Positions 20,616 through 31,570 of a stretch of DNA of 64,000 bases are shown one piece after another. The number at the start of each line of letters is the position of its first letter. Position 1 is the stretch's first letter. Location: NCBI GenBank assembly GCA_963737635.1, contig CAVTTL010000001.1:1184001-1248000 (forward strand), written 5' to 3'. The notes under the pieces were generated by a model. That model was not told the DNA's origin and made no database searches. It saw only the letters and a list, made by a program, of their open reading frames with translations. This stretch comes from an uncultured Methanoregulaceae archaeon (GTDB taxonomy: Archaea; Halobacteriota; Methanomicrobia; Methanomicrobiales; Methanospirillaceae). The translations under genes and the position numbers were made by a program.

Positions 20616-21911
20616 CTAGGAGGAGGAAATCCGGTACTCCCCTTTTGGGACGAGGATCTCAAACCGTACGCCAGCACCCGGCGGCCCGGTCTCCGTTATA
20701 CTAATTCCGGTGGTTTCGAGGATCTCCCGGATCAAAAAAAGACCAAGTCCGGTATTACGCCCGAAACTCCGGAGGAAGATCTTCTCTTTTTCCAATGGCG
20801 GGATCCCACAACCGTTATCGGTATAAGAGATCACAAGCCCGTTCTCCGTTTCAGCTGCGGAAAAGGATATTTTTGTTAGATGACCGCCATGCCGAAGGGA
20901 ATTTTCCATAAGATTATAGTAGACTTTGCCTATCAGTGGATCAGCATAGATCGAAACACCGGTCTTCCCAGGGTCAAGGATGACACCCTCAAGGGGCAAC
21001 TGGCGTGCCTCTCCGAGAATACCTTGCTGTACATCGAACCAGCCTGCGTTTGCAGTTCCCAGTTCCTCATAGTATCGGGTAAACTCAATCTGTCGTTCTA
21101 TGGCGTCACTGCAGACTTTCAGTTTGCACATGTGACTCTGTAGCGACGGATCATCCGGGGCTTCGTTTTTTACCAGTTGCAAAAATCCGGCCAATCCTGT
21201 CAACTGGTTCTTGATATCGTGGCGGGTGATAGTTGAGAGAATGGAGAGTTTTTTATTGGTCTTCTGGAGGGCATCCTCCGCCAGCTTGCGGTCGTGGATG
21301 TCAACAAACATCGGAATGAAATAGAGAGGAGCGCTGTCTTCACTACGGATAAGACGGACTGACTGGCGCACCCAGATTCTATCCCCATTTTTCCGTACCA
21401 GATGCAGATCGCGTTCATCCACGTCAGCAGCGCCACTTTTGAGATCTTTTGCACAAGCGCTGATCTGGTCCATCTCCTCAGGGGTAACGATTGAGGTAAT
21501 TGATAGGGAAAGAAGCTCGTCCGGGGTGTATCCGGTGATTGTGCACAGGGCGTTATTTACCCGGGAAAACCGGAGATCGGGTGAAAGGATTGCCGCTCCC
21601 ACCGGGGATTGATCAAAGGTTCTCCTCAGCTTCTCTTCACCCTCGCGTAACTCTATCTCCATGTCATGTCGCCTCTCCACCTCTGCGGAGAGCAGTGTGG
21701 CGGTCTCATAATAGGAATTGAGGGGAAAATAGGCAATGATGACTGCAAGACCGCTGGTAAAGAGGCTGGTGATCAGGTTTGAACGCCAGTCAGGTGGGTA
21801 CGGATTGAGGAACTGGCTCGCAAATTCGAATACAGTCATCACAGCGAATGTGACAAGGAAGATAAGAAAGAGCCTCTGATCGAACGGTGTATGATCTTCC
21901 CCTTTTTCCAT
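20616..21911 (-). CDS. Membrane PAS sensor histidine kinase
   Basis: 2 TM helices, PAS, TRHDIKNQL, NLMENSLRHG, GRNTGLGLFL. Confidence 0.9.
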   Translation of the reverse strand: MEKGEDHTPFDQRLFLIFLVTFAVMTVFEFASQFLNPYPPDWRSNLITSLFTSGLAVIIAYFPLNSYYETATLLSAEVERRHDMEIELREGEEKLRRTFDQSPVGAAILSPDLRFSRVNNALCTITGYTPDELLSLSITSIVTPEEMDQISACAKDLKSGAADVDERDLHLVRKNGDRIWVRQSVRLIRSEDSAPLYFIPMFVDIHDRKLAEDALQKTNKKLSILSTITRHDIKNQLTGLAGFLQLVKNEAPDDPSLQSHMCKLKVCSDAIERQIEFTRYYEELGTANAGWFDVQQGILGEARQLPLEGVILDPGKTGVSIYADPLIGKVYYNLMENSLRHGGHLTKISFSAAETENGLVISYTDNGCGIPPLEKEKIFLRSFGRNTGLGLFLIREILETTGISITETGPPGAGVRFEILVPKGEYRISSS

Positions 21912-22078
21912 TGTGGTATATTTATAAAATTTGATCCGTTAAAACCTTCGCCCACAGTCAAACTTGAACTGCGGCGCAGGGTACACAAGAAAAGCCCCGC
22001 CGTACAGTTGATGCAACTGCCATAAGATCTTCGCCTCAGAACGTTTCCCTTTTTTGGGGCGGCATCCCGGGTTGCCGT

Positions 22079-22846
22079 TCACTCCTTCTCGCCTTCTGCG
22101 ATCCGGTCTACTGCAAGTTCACAGTAATGCGGATCGATCTCGATTCCGATCGCCCTGCGGTTGCACCGCGAGGCGGCAAGAAGCGTGCTCCCGCTCCCCA
22201 TGAACGGGTCGAGCACGGTATCACCAACAAAGGAGAAAAGTTTCATGCAGCGCAGCGGAAGTTCGACGGGAAACGGGGCCGGGTGGCCGATCCTGGTCTT
22301 GCGCTCGCCATTAAAAGTCCACAGGCCATTGGTCCAGTCCTTGAATTCATCCGGCCTGATATCGGATTGCCGTGAGCCGCTTGTCTTTTTCCATACATCC
22401 CGGTACAAAACTACGATCAGCTCAACAGGAGCGATCACGTATGGCGCAGAGGCGCTCGCCCATGAGCCCCAGGCGGTACGGCGCGAGATATTGCCTTCGT
22501 TCCAGATAATGGTGGAATGATATGAAAACCCGCATTCTTTTGCTATCTCGGTGAGATCGGCACCAACACTCTGCTGGCCTCCCTTATTTTTGTCAAGCGG
22601 GATATTGAGGCAGAACCTGCCGTCGTTTCGCAGCCAGCAGTAACAGCGCTTCATCCAGCGCTTCGAGAAAGCGAGGTACTCATCATACGTGAGCCTGTCG
22701 TCGTGGGAATTATAACTGATATCGACATTATACGGTGGGGACGTAACCACGAGATCGATTTCCTGTGCCGGAATTGCATGAGTGGTAAAGATATCCTCGT
22801 TAATTATAGTGAGTTTTTCTGTCCGGAAAAATGCGTTCTGTCCCAT
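22079..22846 (-). CDS. Orphan beta-class N4/N6 DNA methyltransferase
   Basis: TSPPY catalytic motif, GHPAPFP, DPFMGSG SAM motif. Confidence 0.9.
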   Translation of the reverse strand: MGQNAFFRTEKLTIINEDIFTTHAIPAQEIDLVVTSPPYNVDISYNSHDDRLTYDEYLAFSKRWMKRCYCWLRNDGRFCLNIPLDKNKGGQQSVGADLTEIAKECGFSYHSTIIWNEGNISRRTAWGSWASASAPYVIAPVELIVVLYRDVWKKTSGSRQSDIRPDEFKDWTNGLWTFNGERKTRIGHPAPFPVELPLRCMKLFSFVGDTVLDPFMGSGSTLLAASRCNRRAIGIEIDPHYCELAVDRIAEGEKE

Positions 22847-22952
22847 GCGTTCCTTTTCCCTGCAGAAGCGTTGATCGTTGTACCTAAAGTAGTTCCCGGC
22901 CCGCGGCACCGGGATTTTTACCCTTAAAAGCTCCAATACTCCTCCATGCGCA

Positions 22953-23444
22953 ATGCTTCCGGCCCGGCCTTTCACGTACCGCCCGATCGGGACCATCCAC
23001 TCCCCCTTTACCGATATTGCAGGTATGCCTATTCAGCCTACCGGGGCCCGGGGTGTGCAGGGAACTATAGAACTCGATCCCGAGTTCTGCGAAGGGCTTG
23101 CTGACCTTGATGGTTTTTCCCGTATTATCCTGCTCTATGCCTTGCACCGGTGTACGGGGTATTCCCTTATGGTCACGCCGTTTCTTGATTCCACCCCGCG
23201 AGGCGTCTTTGCGACCCGGTCACCGAAACGCCCCAACGCGATCGGTCTTTCGGTTGTGAGGCTCTCCGGTATTGACAGGTGCGTTCTTTCTATCGAGGAT
23301 ATTGATATCCTCGACGGCACCCCGCTCCTGGACATTAAACCCTATGTATCCGGATTCGATGCGTATCCCGGTGAGCGCGGTGGCTGGCTTGAACATGTCG
23401 CACACAACGCCCGGTACAAGCGCGCCGACGACCGGTTCGGATAA
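22953..23444 (+). CDS. tsaA: tRNA t6A37 N6-methyltransferase TrmO/TsaA
   Basis: GVFATRSPKRPNAIGLS, DGTPLLDIKPY. Confidence 0.9.
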   Translation: MLPARPFTYRPIGTIHSPFTDIAGMPIQPTGARGVQGTIELDPEFCEGLADLDGFSRIILLYALHRCTGYSLMVTPFLDSTPRGVFATRSPKRPNAIGLSVVRLSGIDRCVLSIEDIDILDGTPLLDIKPYVSGFDAYPGERGGWLEHVAHNARYKRADDRFG

Positions 23445-23502
23445 ACGTCGCAGTTTTGCGTAGAACTCTTAATAGCCTTTTGTGCCTGATGGTAGATCTG
23501 GC

Positions 23503-23997
23503 ATGACAGAAAACGAGTCTTTCCGGGGTATCCCCGGTATTCTTCGCCCATTCAAGGAATACATCAAAAGCCTCAACCTCAACGAAGGTGACATGGTTGT
23601 CTACTACGGGTGTATCGGGACCTGCACACCTTTTGTGGAACTGCTTGCGGTTGCAATTCGGGGCCTGCACCTCCGGCAGGTATTTGTGCCCTTGCTCGAT
23701 GAGACAAAAGCGCATTTGATCCATGACGTTCCGGATATCGGCATGCAGGCCTCAGGTGAACCGGTCGCTATAACCTGCCCCCGGGTCATGGTTATCATGG
23801 GAGGGCTCGCGATGCCCCTGATGCCTGTCACCAAAGAGCAGGTTCGCGATCTCGCCGCCCAACACCGCGGGGCAAAGGTGGTCGGGGTCTGTTTTCAGGA
23901 TATGTTTGTAAGAGCTGGCTGGACCGGGACGGTGCCGTTTGATCTTGCCATCAGTGCGATGATCGATACGGTGACCGTAACCCGTCCGGAAAAGTGA
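23503..23997 (+). CDS. DUF2124 methanogen protein
   Basis: GTCTPFVELLA, MGGLAMP, GVCFQDMF motifs. Confidence 0.8.
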   Translation: MTENESFRGIPGILRPFKEYIKSLNLNEGDMVVYYGCIGTCTPFVELLAVAIRGLHLRQVFVPLLDETKAHLIHDVPDIGMQASGEPVAITCPRVMVIMGGLAMPLMPVTKEQVRDLAAQHRGAKVVGVCFQDMFVRAGWTGTVPFDLAISAMIDTVTVTRPEK

Positions 23998-24092
23998 CTT
24001 TCCGGTTTATGTAATCCCACATACGTTCCCGGTGATCCTCAGGACGTACCGGGAAGATACGTCTTTTCTCCTTTCAGGGCATACAAGTATTT

Positions 24093-27037
24093 ATGGCTTC
24101 TTTTGTCCACCGCATAGAAGTTCACTATAGCAAAGATCCCCGGGAAAAAATCCGCACGGATCGGATCCGGTCAGTCGGGTTTTCCATCGACGCACTGCAG
24201 TTCGTTGATGTTTATACCCTAGTAACCGTTAGCCGGGACCTGAGCCCGGACTGAACTTGCTGAGATCGGTGCCCGGCTCTCCAATCCCGTGGTGCAGGAC
24301 TTTGTGGTGGATGAAGCGACCCGGCCCCTCTTCGATTACGCTATCGAAGTTGGGTTTTTACCCGGTGTGACCGATAACGTGGGTACAACCGCCCGCCAGA
24401 CCGTTGAGGACTATCTCGGGGTGCCTTTTTGTGAGGGCGAGATGGTGGCTTCATCGGTCACTGTATCTTATTCGTGGCAGACTTGCGCCTGACGCACTTT
24501 CACAGACTTGCCTCGACACTTGCAAACCCGCTGATCAACCGGGTGAGCACCAAGACTAGGCAGGAGTATGGGGAAACGGGGATGAATCGGGTCGTCCCTC
24601 AGGTCAGGCTCCATGAAATCCCGGCTGCGGGCGACGTCGATCTTGCCATCCCGGCTGCGGAGCTTGCCCGGTTGGGAAAGGAAGGGATTTCCGATCTACG
24701 GACCGGCCAGCGCCGGGGGCCGCTCGCGCTCGATCTTGATCAGCTCCATACGATCCGCGATTATTTTGACCGGGCAGGACGAAAGCCGACTGATGTGGAA
24801 CTTGAATCCCTTGCACAGACGTGGAGCGAGCACTGCAAGCACACGATCTTTGCTTCTCCCATGGATGATGACATCCCAAAAGGCCTTTATAAGACCTTCA
24901 TACAGGCGGCGACAAATGAGATCCGGGCTGAGAAGGGTGAGCGCGATATCTGCATCACGGTTTTTACCGATAACTCCGGCGCAATTATCTTTGACGATCA
25001 GTACCTCGTGACCCACAAAGTCGAGACCCACAACTCTCCCTCTGCCCTTGACCCATTCGGCGGAGCGCTCACCGGGATCGTCGGCGTGAACCGCGATACG
25101 ATTGGTTTTGGCCTCGGCGCAAAACCCTGCATCAATGTCTATGGTTTCTGTGTCGGTGATCCGGCGACAGGCCAGAAACTGTACCGGGGCAGGGACCGTG
25201 CAAATCCCATTTTCTCCCCCCGGCACGTCCTCGATGGCGTTGTGCGGGGTGTGGGAGTAGGTGGCAACTGTTCAGGCATCCCGACCCCACAGGGCTTCTG
25301 CTGGTTCGACAACCGCTACACGGGAAAACCACTTGTCTTTGCAGGTACTGTGGGTGTCATGCCCCGGGTGCACAATGGCAGAAACCTTTTTGAGAAAAAA
25401 GCGGAACCCGGTGACCTTATCGTGATGGTTGGCGGGCGGGTGGGAAAAGACGGCATTCATGGCGCCACATTCTCTTCCGAGGCCCTTGACCCGGAGAGCC
25501 CGGTTACTGCCGTGCAGATTGGCGACCCGATTACCCAGAAGAAATTCTCGGATGTCCTTGTCAAGGAAGCGCGGGACCTCGGCCTTTACCGGAGCATCAC
25601 AGACAATGGCGCCGGGGGCCTGTCCTGCTCAGTTGCTGAGATGGCAAAAGAGTGCAACGGCTGCCATGTGGAGCTCGGCCGGGTCCCCCTGAAATACCCG
25701 GGTATGGCCCCGTGGGAGATCTGGATCTCAGAATCGCAGGAGCGCATGACGCTTGCCGTGCCACCTGAAAAGATCGAAGCATTCACCAGCCTTCTTGCGC
25801 TCCGGGACGTCGAGGCGACGGTGATAGGGCAGTTTACGGATACAGGGAGGTGCGTGGTGGAATACGATGGCAGGATCGTGATGGACATCGAGCTCGCGTT
25901 CCTGCATGACGGCCTGCCCCGGAAACAGCTCACAACAACACCGGTAAAGACGGAGAATCCCGGCCCAGTTCCGGTGTGCCCGGCCCGGCTCGATGATACC
26001 CTGATCGCAATGCTCGGGAGCAGGAACATCTGTTCCACTGAATTTGTCTCTATCCAGTATGACCATACCGTGCAGGGAGGCCACGTGCTTGGACCAGTGC
26101 AGGGAAAGGGCCGGGTGCAATCGGTGGCGACGCTCACCAAAGTCGTGCAAAGCTCCCATAAAGGCGTCGGGCTCTCCCAGGCACTTTTCCCTGCATACTC
26201 TGAGATCGATCCGTACTGTATGGCCGGGGCCGCCATCGATACGGCGATCCGGGGGCTTGTGTCTATCGGTGTTTCTACCGATTTCATCGCGCTCCTTGAC
26301 AATTTCTGCTGGTGTTCTTCTGATGAGCCGGGGCGGCTCTGGCAGCTCAAGCAGGCCGCGAAAGGATGCTACGATTACGCTAAAGCCTTCGGGACACCCT
26401 TCATCTCCGGAAAAGACAGCATGTTCAATGATTTCTCGGGATATGACGGGGAAAACAACCGGGTTAAGATTTCTGTCCCTCCTACACTGCTGATCTCATC
26501 TATCGGCATTCATAAAGATGTTGCAAAGGCAGTCTCACTTGATGCAAAAGGAGCAGGAGATCTCGTTTATGTGATCGGGGAAACGAAGGAAGAGCTTGGT
26601 GGTTCGGAATATTATGCTCATCTCGGCACTTCCGGGAGCACTGTTCCCCGGCTTGACGCAGCGGCAGCACGGGCGCGCTATCTCAGACTTTCTGATGCGA
26701 TCGCCCACGAACTGGTCGCTTCGGCATATCCGGTCAACCACGGGGGGTTAGGAGTGGCGCTTGCAAAGGCGGCGATTGCCGGCCGGCTCGGCATGGACCT
26801 CACCATTCCCGGCACCCTGCGCCCGGACTTTTTCCTCTTCTCCGAAACGCTTGGACGATTTGTCGTGACGGTGGCGCCGGACCACAAGCGGGCATTCGAA
26901 CGGACCGCTGGGACCGATGCACTGCTGCTGGGAAAAACCGGGGAAGCCGGTTCCGGATCACCGGGCAGGCGCTCCTCGCGGATCAGGAGATTGCAAAACT
27001 GGAAGAGGCTTACAAAGCGCCTTTCAGGGGGTTCTGA
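24093..27037 (+). CDS. purL: FGAM synthase large subunit PurL with N-terminal PurS-like region (indels ~24250, ~24458, ~24500, ~26943)
   Basis: QTWSEHCKH, KVETHNSPS, DNGAGG, SESQERM, ISGKDSM; repaired C-terminus …LEEAYKAPFRGF*. Confidence 0.9.
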
Positions 27038-27038
27038 T

Positions 27039-27857
27039 ATGCCATCTTCATCTACCCTCATCCCGGAGAAAGCCATTGTCATGAGCGGGTACGGCATCAA
27101 CTCCGAGATGGAAACACGGGAGGCATTGCTCCGGGCCGGCATGGACGCAGATATCGTCCATATCAATGACCTGATAGCAGGACGACAGCATCTGGCTGAT
27201 TACCGGCTCTTAGTGTTTCCCGGAGGCTTTTCCTATGGAGATGATACCGGTGCCGGAAACGCGTATGCAAACCGGGTAAGAAACAACCTTTGGGAAGAAC
27301 TGTTGGAATTTTTGGATGGTGATAATCTCGTACTTGGGATCTGCAACGGCTTCCAGATCCTTGCAAACCTCGGTCTTGTCCCTGCCTTTGACCGGTCCTG
27401 CTCCCGTGATATTGCCCTGATGCCCAACCGGAGCGGGCGGCTCGAGTGCCGGTTTGTGACGATCCGTCCCGCCACCGACACGATCTGGACGCATGGGATT
27501 GTCAGACTCTGCTGCCCGGTATCCCACGGCGAAGGGAACCTTTCCTGCTCAGCGGAAACTCTCCAGCGGATCAAAAAACACCGGCAGGTTGCGTTTACCT
27601 ATTGCCGGGAGGACATGAGCCCTGCCTGCGGAGAATACCCTTTTAATCCAAATGGATCAGTCGAGGACATTGCCGGTCTCACATCGACTGATGGGAAAGT
27701 CTTGGGCATGATGCCGCACCCCGAACGGGCAATCGAATTTACTAACCTCTATGACTGGCCGCTTCTCAAAGAACAAATGCGGCGAAGCGGGGAACGGGTC
27801 CCGGAAGAATCGCTCAACATGGTAATATTCAGAAATATCGTGGAATATTTCGCCTGA
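27039..27857 (+). CDS. purQ: FGAM synthase glutaminase subunit PurQ
   Basis: PGGFSYGD, LGICNGFQ, SHGEG, MMPHPER. Confidence 0.92.
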   Translation: MPSSSTLIPEKAIVMSGYGINSEMETREALLRAGMDADIVHINDLIAGRQHLADYRLLVFPGGFSYGDDTGAGNAYANRVRNNLWEELLEFLDGDNLVLGICNGFQILANLGLVPAFDRSCSRDIALMPNRSGRLECRFVTIRPATDTIWTHGIVRLCCPVSHGEGNLSCSAETLQRIKKHRQVAFTYCREDMSPACGEYPFNPNGSVEDIAGLTSTDGKVLGMMPHPERAIEFTNLYDWPLLKEQMRRSGERVPEESLNMVIFRNIVEYFA

Positions 27858-27918
27858 ACTGGTGGGATTCCTCAAGCAGCGAAATCGGAGACAAGAAGCG
27901 CGCCACAGGAGCCTGCGT

Positions 27919-28620
27919 TCACTTCAAAAATTTGAACATTCCGCCTTTTTTTCCCTGTTTACCTTTGCGTCCGGGTCCCCCGCTCTCCGCAGGATCGGAA
28001 CGGGCACGGCGTTCGGCGTCCTGCTTTAATTCTTCAGCAACAAGTGGCAGGTGGGAATACTTTTTCTGTGGCCCGGAGACCTTCGGCACTTGGTCCGGGA
28101 CAGGCTTTTGGATCCGTACTGTTCCCTCGCCAATAGACTGGAGGTCGGTGTGGGGTTTCTGCTGGGGCGGCTGGGGCAGAGGTGTAGATATATCATAAAC
28201 CGGATCCCCGTCGGTCCAAGGATCCCACTCAGCAGCAGGGTCGTCAGGTACCGGCAGGCGCCCTTTCCTGAGTTTTACAACGACTGGATCGGGTTCCGGT
28301 TTTGTCATGGATTGGGTGGGAGTGACACGGTTTTTTCCCGGGATCTGAGGGCCAAAGGTCGCACCGCACCGGGTACAGAATTTTGAGCGCGATGATGGTG
28401 CCGGATTGCCGCAGGAAGGGCAGACCGGTTTTGTCAGAGGTGCACCGCATTCATCGCAGAATTGAGCCTTCTTGTCCGAAACAATCGCCCCGCAGGAAGG
28501 GCAGACGGGCAGCCCTTGCGGTGTAACCGGCTCTTCGATGAGTGGCGCACCACACAGGTCGCAGAACCGCGAATTGCTATCCGGGGCAGGAGCGCCGCAG
28601 TTTCCGCATTTTCTGGTCAT
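27919..28620 (-). CDS. Triple double-zinc-ribbon protein with Pro-rich tail
   Basis: Three CxxCG-x8-FCxxCG units. Confidence 0.8.
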   Translation of the reverse strand: MTRKCGNCGAPAPDSNSRFCDLCGAPLIEEPVTPQGLPVCPSCGAIVSDKKAQFCDECGAPLTKPVCPSCGNPAPSSRSKFCTRCGATFGPQIPGKNRVTPTQSMTKPEPDPVVVKLRKGRLPVPDDPAAEWDPWTDGDPVYDISTPLPQPPQQKPHTDLQSIGEGTVRIQKPVPDQVPKVSGPQKKYSHLPLVAEELKQDAERRARSDPAESGGPGRKGKQGKKGGMFKFLK

Positions 28621-28873
28621 GTACTTCTTAGTGAGTACCTGCGTCTTTGGCATAAATACTGCGGTTTCGACGTTAACAGGAGGCTGTCGGACTAGATTTC
28701 ATGCTGAAATAACCCTTATTCAAAATCGTAGCTCATAGTTAATATAAATCAGCCGGAGGTTTATACAACATATTCTGTCAGAAATGCCCTGCATTATTCT
28801 AAAGACATTTGCCTTGATCAACGGCCCGAGGAAAATGGATCTCTTTTTCCTGTTTAGGAGTCCATATACGGAT

Positions 28874-29185
28874 ATGGCACCAGTACCGGATGATGAGTTG
28901 ATCCGGGAATACCCGGATATCCTGCAGGTACACGAAGTTGTTGGACTCTATACGATAACGGTCAGGGATGTAGAAGTTCCGCTCAAAATCAAGATCATGC
29001 GATCAGGGAGCGAATATTGGGGGATTGCAAACCTTGCCGTGCGGGAGAAGGGAGCGAAGGAATATTACCGGGATACAGGTATCTATTCTTCAAAGGAAGC
29101 CGCACTACATGGAGCTGTAACTGGATTTTTCCGGTATTTGACTCCGGGAGCCTCGATACGTGAGATCAAGAACTGGGGAATCTGA
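28874..29185 (+). CDS. Hypothetical protein
   Basis: Intact ORF with globular composition, upstream AGGAG. Confidence 0.6.
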   Translation: MAPVPDDELIREYPDILQVHEVVGLYTITVRDVEVPLKIKIMRSGSEYWGIANLAVREKGAKEYYRDTGIYSSKEAALHGAVTGFFRYLTPGASIREIKNWGI

Positions 29186-29251
29186 AGCGGACACGATCTC
29201 TTTTCTTCTATCCGTGGCTCGTTGCGTTTTGGAAAATCAGTTTAAAAAAAG

Positions 29252-30178
29252 TTAGATGTAGGGGGTCCGGAGAGACCTGCCAATACCAAAGGTCTTGCGG
29301 GCTTCGACCGTGTTCTTGTTCTTCGTGATCTTCTCGTTTGCGAGCTTGGTCACGAGTTCAAGGCCGGGCTTGACCTTCTCGATAGGCTGGATCTCAAAGA
29401 GACCTGCTTCCATTGCTTTTGCCCAGACTGCTTCACCGATCTTTGACCTGACAAAGACCGTGGACCAGCCATCGGGGCTGCCAACGGAACCGGTGGAGAT
29501 ATCGCCGAGGTTTGCAACGTAGTCAAGGCAAACGTGGCATCCGGGCTGCTCGTACTTGTGGGTCACCTTGAGCGGCAGCTGAACGACCTGTCCGCGCTTG
29601 CCGTAGACCCAAAATTTGCCCTTACCGATCTCCATCTTCTTGACCGACTCGAGCTTCATTGCAGCGTGATCTTCCACGAGCTGGAGGATGCTCTGGTACG
29701 GGAAGTTCTCCATGCAGAAGATACCGACAGCGAGTGCGACGGCAGCGCCGACATCACGTGCACCAATCGGGTAGAGCTGGAGTTTCCGGATTGCCTGCAT
29801 CTGGCAGGGGGTTCCGACGATACCGACCTTGTCAAGGCCGAAGGTACGGGTTGCTTCCTTGATCATCGATACATTCGGGCTGATATTATATTTGGTGCCA
29901 GCCGCTGCAATCAGGTCAGCCTTGGTGTGAACGATCGCGGGAATAGGTCTCCAGGGCTCGATCATATCGAAGTTCGAGTTGTCCATCATGACCTTTGACG
30001 GGTTCTTTGCTGCGAATTCCTTGCTTGCAGCGACAATTGCGCCGTCAATGATACCTGCGTCAAGTGCGTAGCCGAAGAGGGATGTAACAATACCGCCATC
30101 CTGAGCGTGCTTGAGAACCTCCTTGTCGGTGCTCCGGGCTGAAACACATGTTTTGTATTTACCGAGTTCTGCTCCCAT
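29252..30178 (-). CDS. frhB: F420-reducing hydrogenase beta subunit
   Basis: AQDGGIVT, AAGTKY, VGTPCQ, GIFCMENF, CHVCLDY, GSVGSPDGWS. Confidence 0.95.
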   Translation of the reverse strand: MGAELGKYKTCVSARSTDKEVLKHAQDGGIVTSLFGYALDAGIIDGAIVAASKEFAAKNPSKVMMDNSNFDMIEPWRPIPAIVHTKADLIAAAGTKYNISPNVSMIKEATRTFGLDKVGIVGTPCQMQAIRKLQLYPIGARDVGAAVALAVGIFCMENFPYQSILQLVEDHAAMKLESVKKMEIGKGKFWVYGKRGQVVQLPLKVTHKYEQPGCHVCLDYVANLGDISTGSVGSPDGWSTVFVRSKIGEAVWAKAMEAGLFEIQPIEKVKPGLELVTKLANEKITKNKNTVEARKTFGIGRSLRTPYI

Positions 30179-30189
30179 TTCAATCACCT

Positions 30190-31091
30190 TCACTGGAGTG
30201 CCGCCATGATGGCCTCGTTGATCGCCTCATAGTTGTCGACAACATCGAAGCTGTACCACTCCGTGGGCACTGGTTATAGCATGCTCCGCATTTTATGCAC
30301 AGGTCACGCTCGCCCTGAGGCTTGCCATATTCCATTGTGATTGCATTGACCGGGCAGGCTGATGCGCAGCTTCCACAGCCCATGCAGAGGCTCTGGTCGA
30401 TGACGTGGGTCATCAGGTCGCAGAAGCAGGCAGTCGATGAACCGCATGCAGCTCCTTGGACTGGCAGGTCCATGAGCGGCTTGAGAAATGCAGTTGCAAG
30501 ATCTTTCTGTTCCTTGGTTCCTTTAAGGAGCAGGTATGCCATGACCGCGACGTTCCTGATCATCTGGGGGGTAGGCGCACATCCGGGGATGAACACATCA
30601 ACCTTGATCAGTTCGTTGATCGGTATGAATGCCTCGTGGGCGGGCTGGTTCTGCTGGCCACCGCGGCAGAACCGCGTGATGTTGCCATAGCAGGCACATG
30701 CGCCAAGTGCCACGACAATGGTGGATTTCTCACGGGTTTCCTTGATCTCTTCTACTGCGAGTTTGTCGTTAATACAGACGGAACCCTCAACAAATGAGAC
30801 ATCGACTTTCTGGACGTGCCTGGCATCTGCAAGCGTTGGCATGTATTTCAGGTCGACGTATCTGTCGAGGAGCGTTAATAATCCGGCATAGTTGTCTGCA
30901 AGTGCCACAGTACAACCGGTGCACCCACTGACGTGAGTGTAACCTAATGTAATCTTATCAGCCACAGTCTTAACCTCCTTTTTTGTTTCTGCTGGTTTTA
31001 CTGCAACGTCAGCTGATTTTGAAGGAGCCGCAGTTGGTTTTGGCGGTTCCGGGCTGGCGTTCTTCTTGAATACATTTGATAGTAGTCCCAT
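30190..31091 (-). CDS. frhG: F420-reducing hydrogenase gamma subunit (indel ~30259; second GTG start at 30965)
   Basis: GCTGC, GACACYG, IPGCAP, two CxxCxxCxxxCP ferredoxin motifs. Confidence 0.93.
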
Positions 31092-31560
31092 AATCCACTC
31101 CAATCGTTTCGAGTATTACCTGGATTGCTTTCGGAATCGCGTTTTTCACATCTTCTGAAAGCCCCATATCAACATCAGCATCTCCTTTTTTCAGAACCTT
31201 TGACGGTTGGCATATAACAACTGTTGTGTCGATCTGATCTCTGATACGACAGAGCTGGTCGACCCCATCCCATGAATGCGGGTCAATGTATGCCCCTGGC
31301 TTCAGATCCTTCCCGGAGATTCTGGATATTGATCCTGGCTTCGCATTAAAATCTGCAATATCGACGACGATAAGTTTCTTCGTTACTTCGGGATTAAGGA
31401 AATTAAAAATATAGTGCGGGGCGCCTGCGCCACCGTCCTGTATTGTTACATTGTCGGGAAGTGTAATCTTCTCCATTTCCTCAATCACCGCTGGGCCAAA
31501 CCCGTCATCGCCAAACAGGGGGTTTCCGCACCCCACTATTACGATCTCCGATTGCAGCAT
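31009..31560 (-). CDS. frhD: Hydrogenase maturation protease FrhD
   Basis: GCGNPLFGDDGFG, IDPHSW; position within the frh operon. Confidence 0.93.
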   Translation of the reverse strand: MLQSEIVIVGCGNPLFGDDGFGPAVIEEMEKITLPDNVTIQDGGAGAPHYIFNFLNPEVTKKLIVVDIADFNAKPGSISRISGKDLKPGAYIDPHSWDGVDQLCRIRDQIDTTVVICQPSKVLKKGDADVDMGLSEDVKNAIPKAIQVILETIGVDYGTTIKCIQEERQPGTAKTNCGSFKIS

Positions 31561-31570
31561 CAGGTTACAC

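Noticed and set aside
24474-27857. Apparent 1127-aa PurL-PurQ fusion
   Set aside because: The junction peptide is out-of-frame text. A one-base repair at ~26943 gives a natural PurL end (…EEAYKAPFRGF*, 27037) followed by the purQ ATG at 27039.
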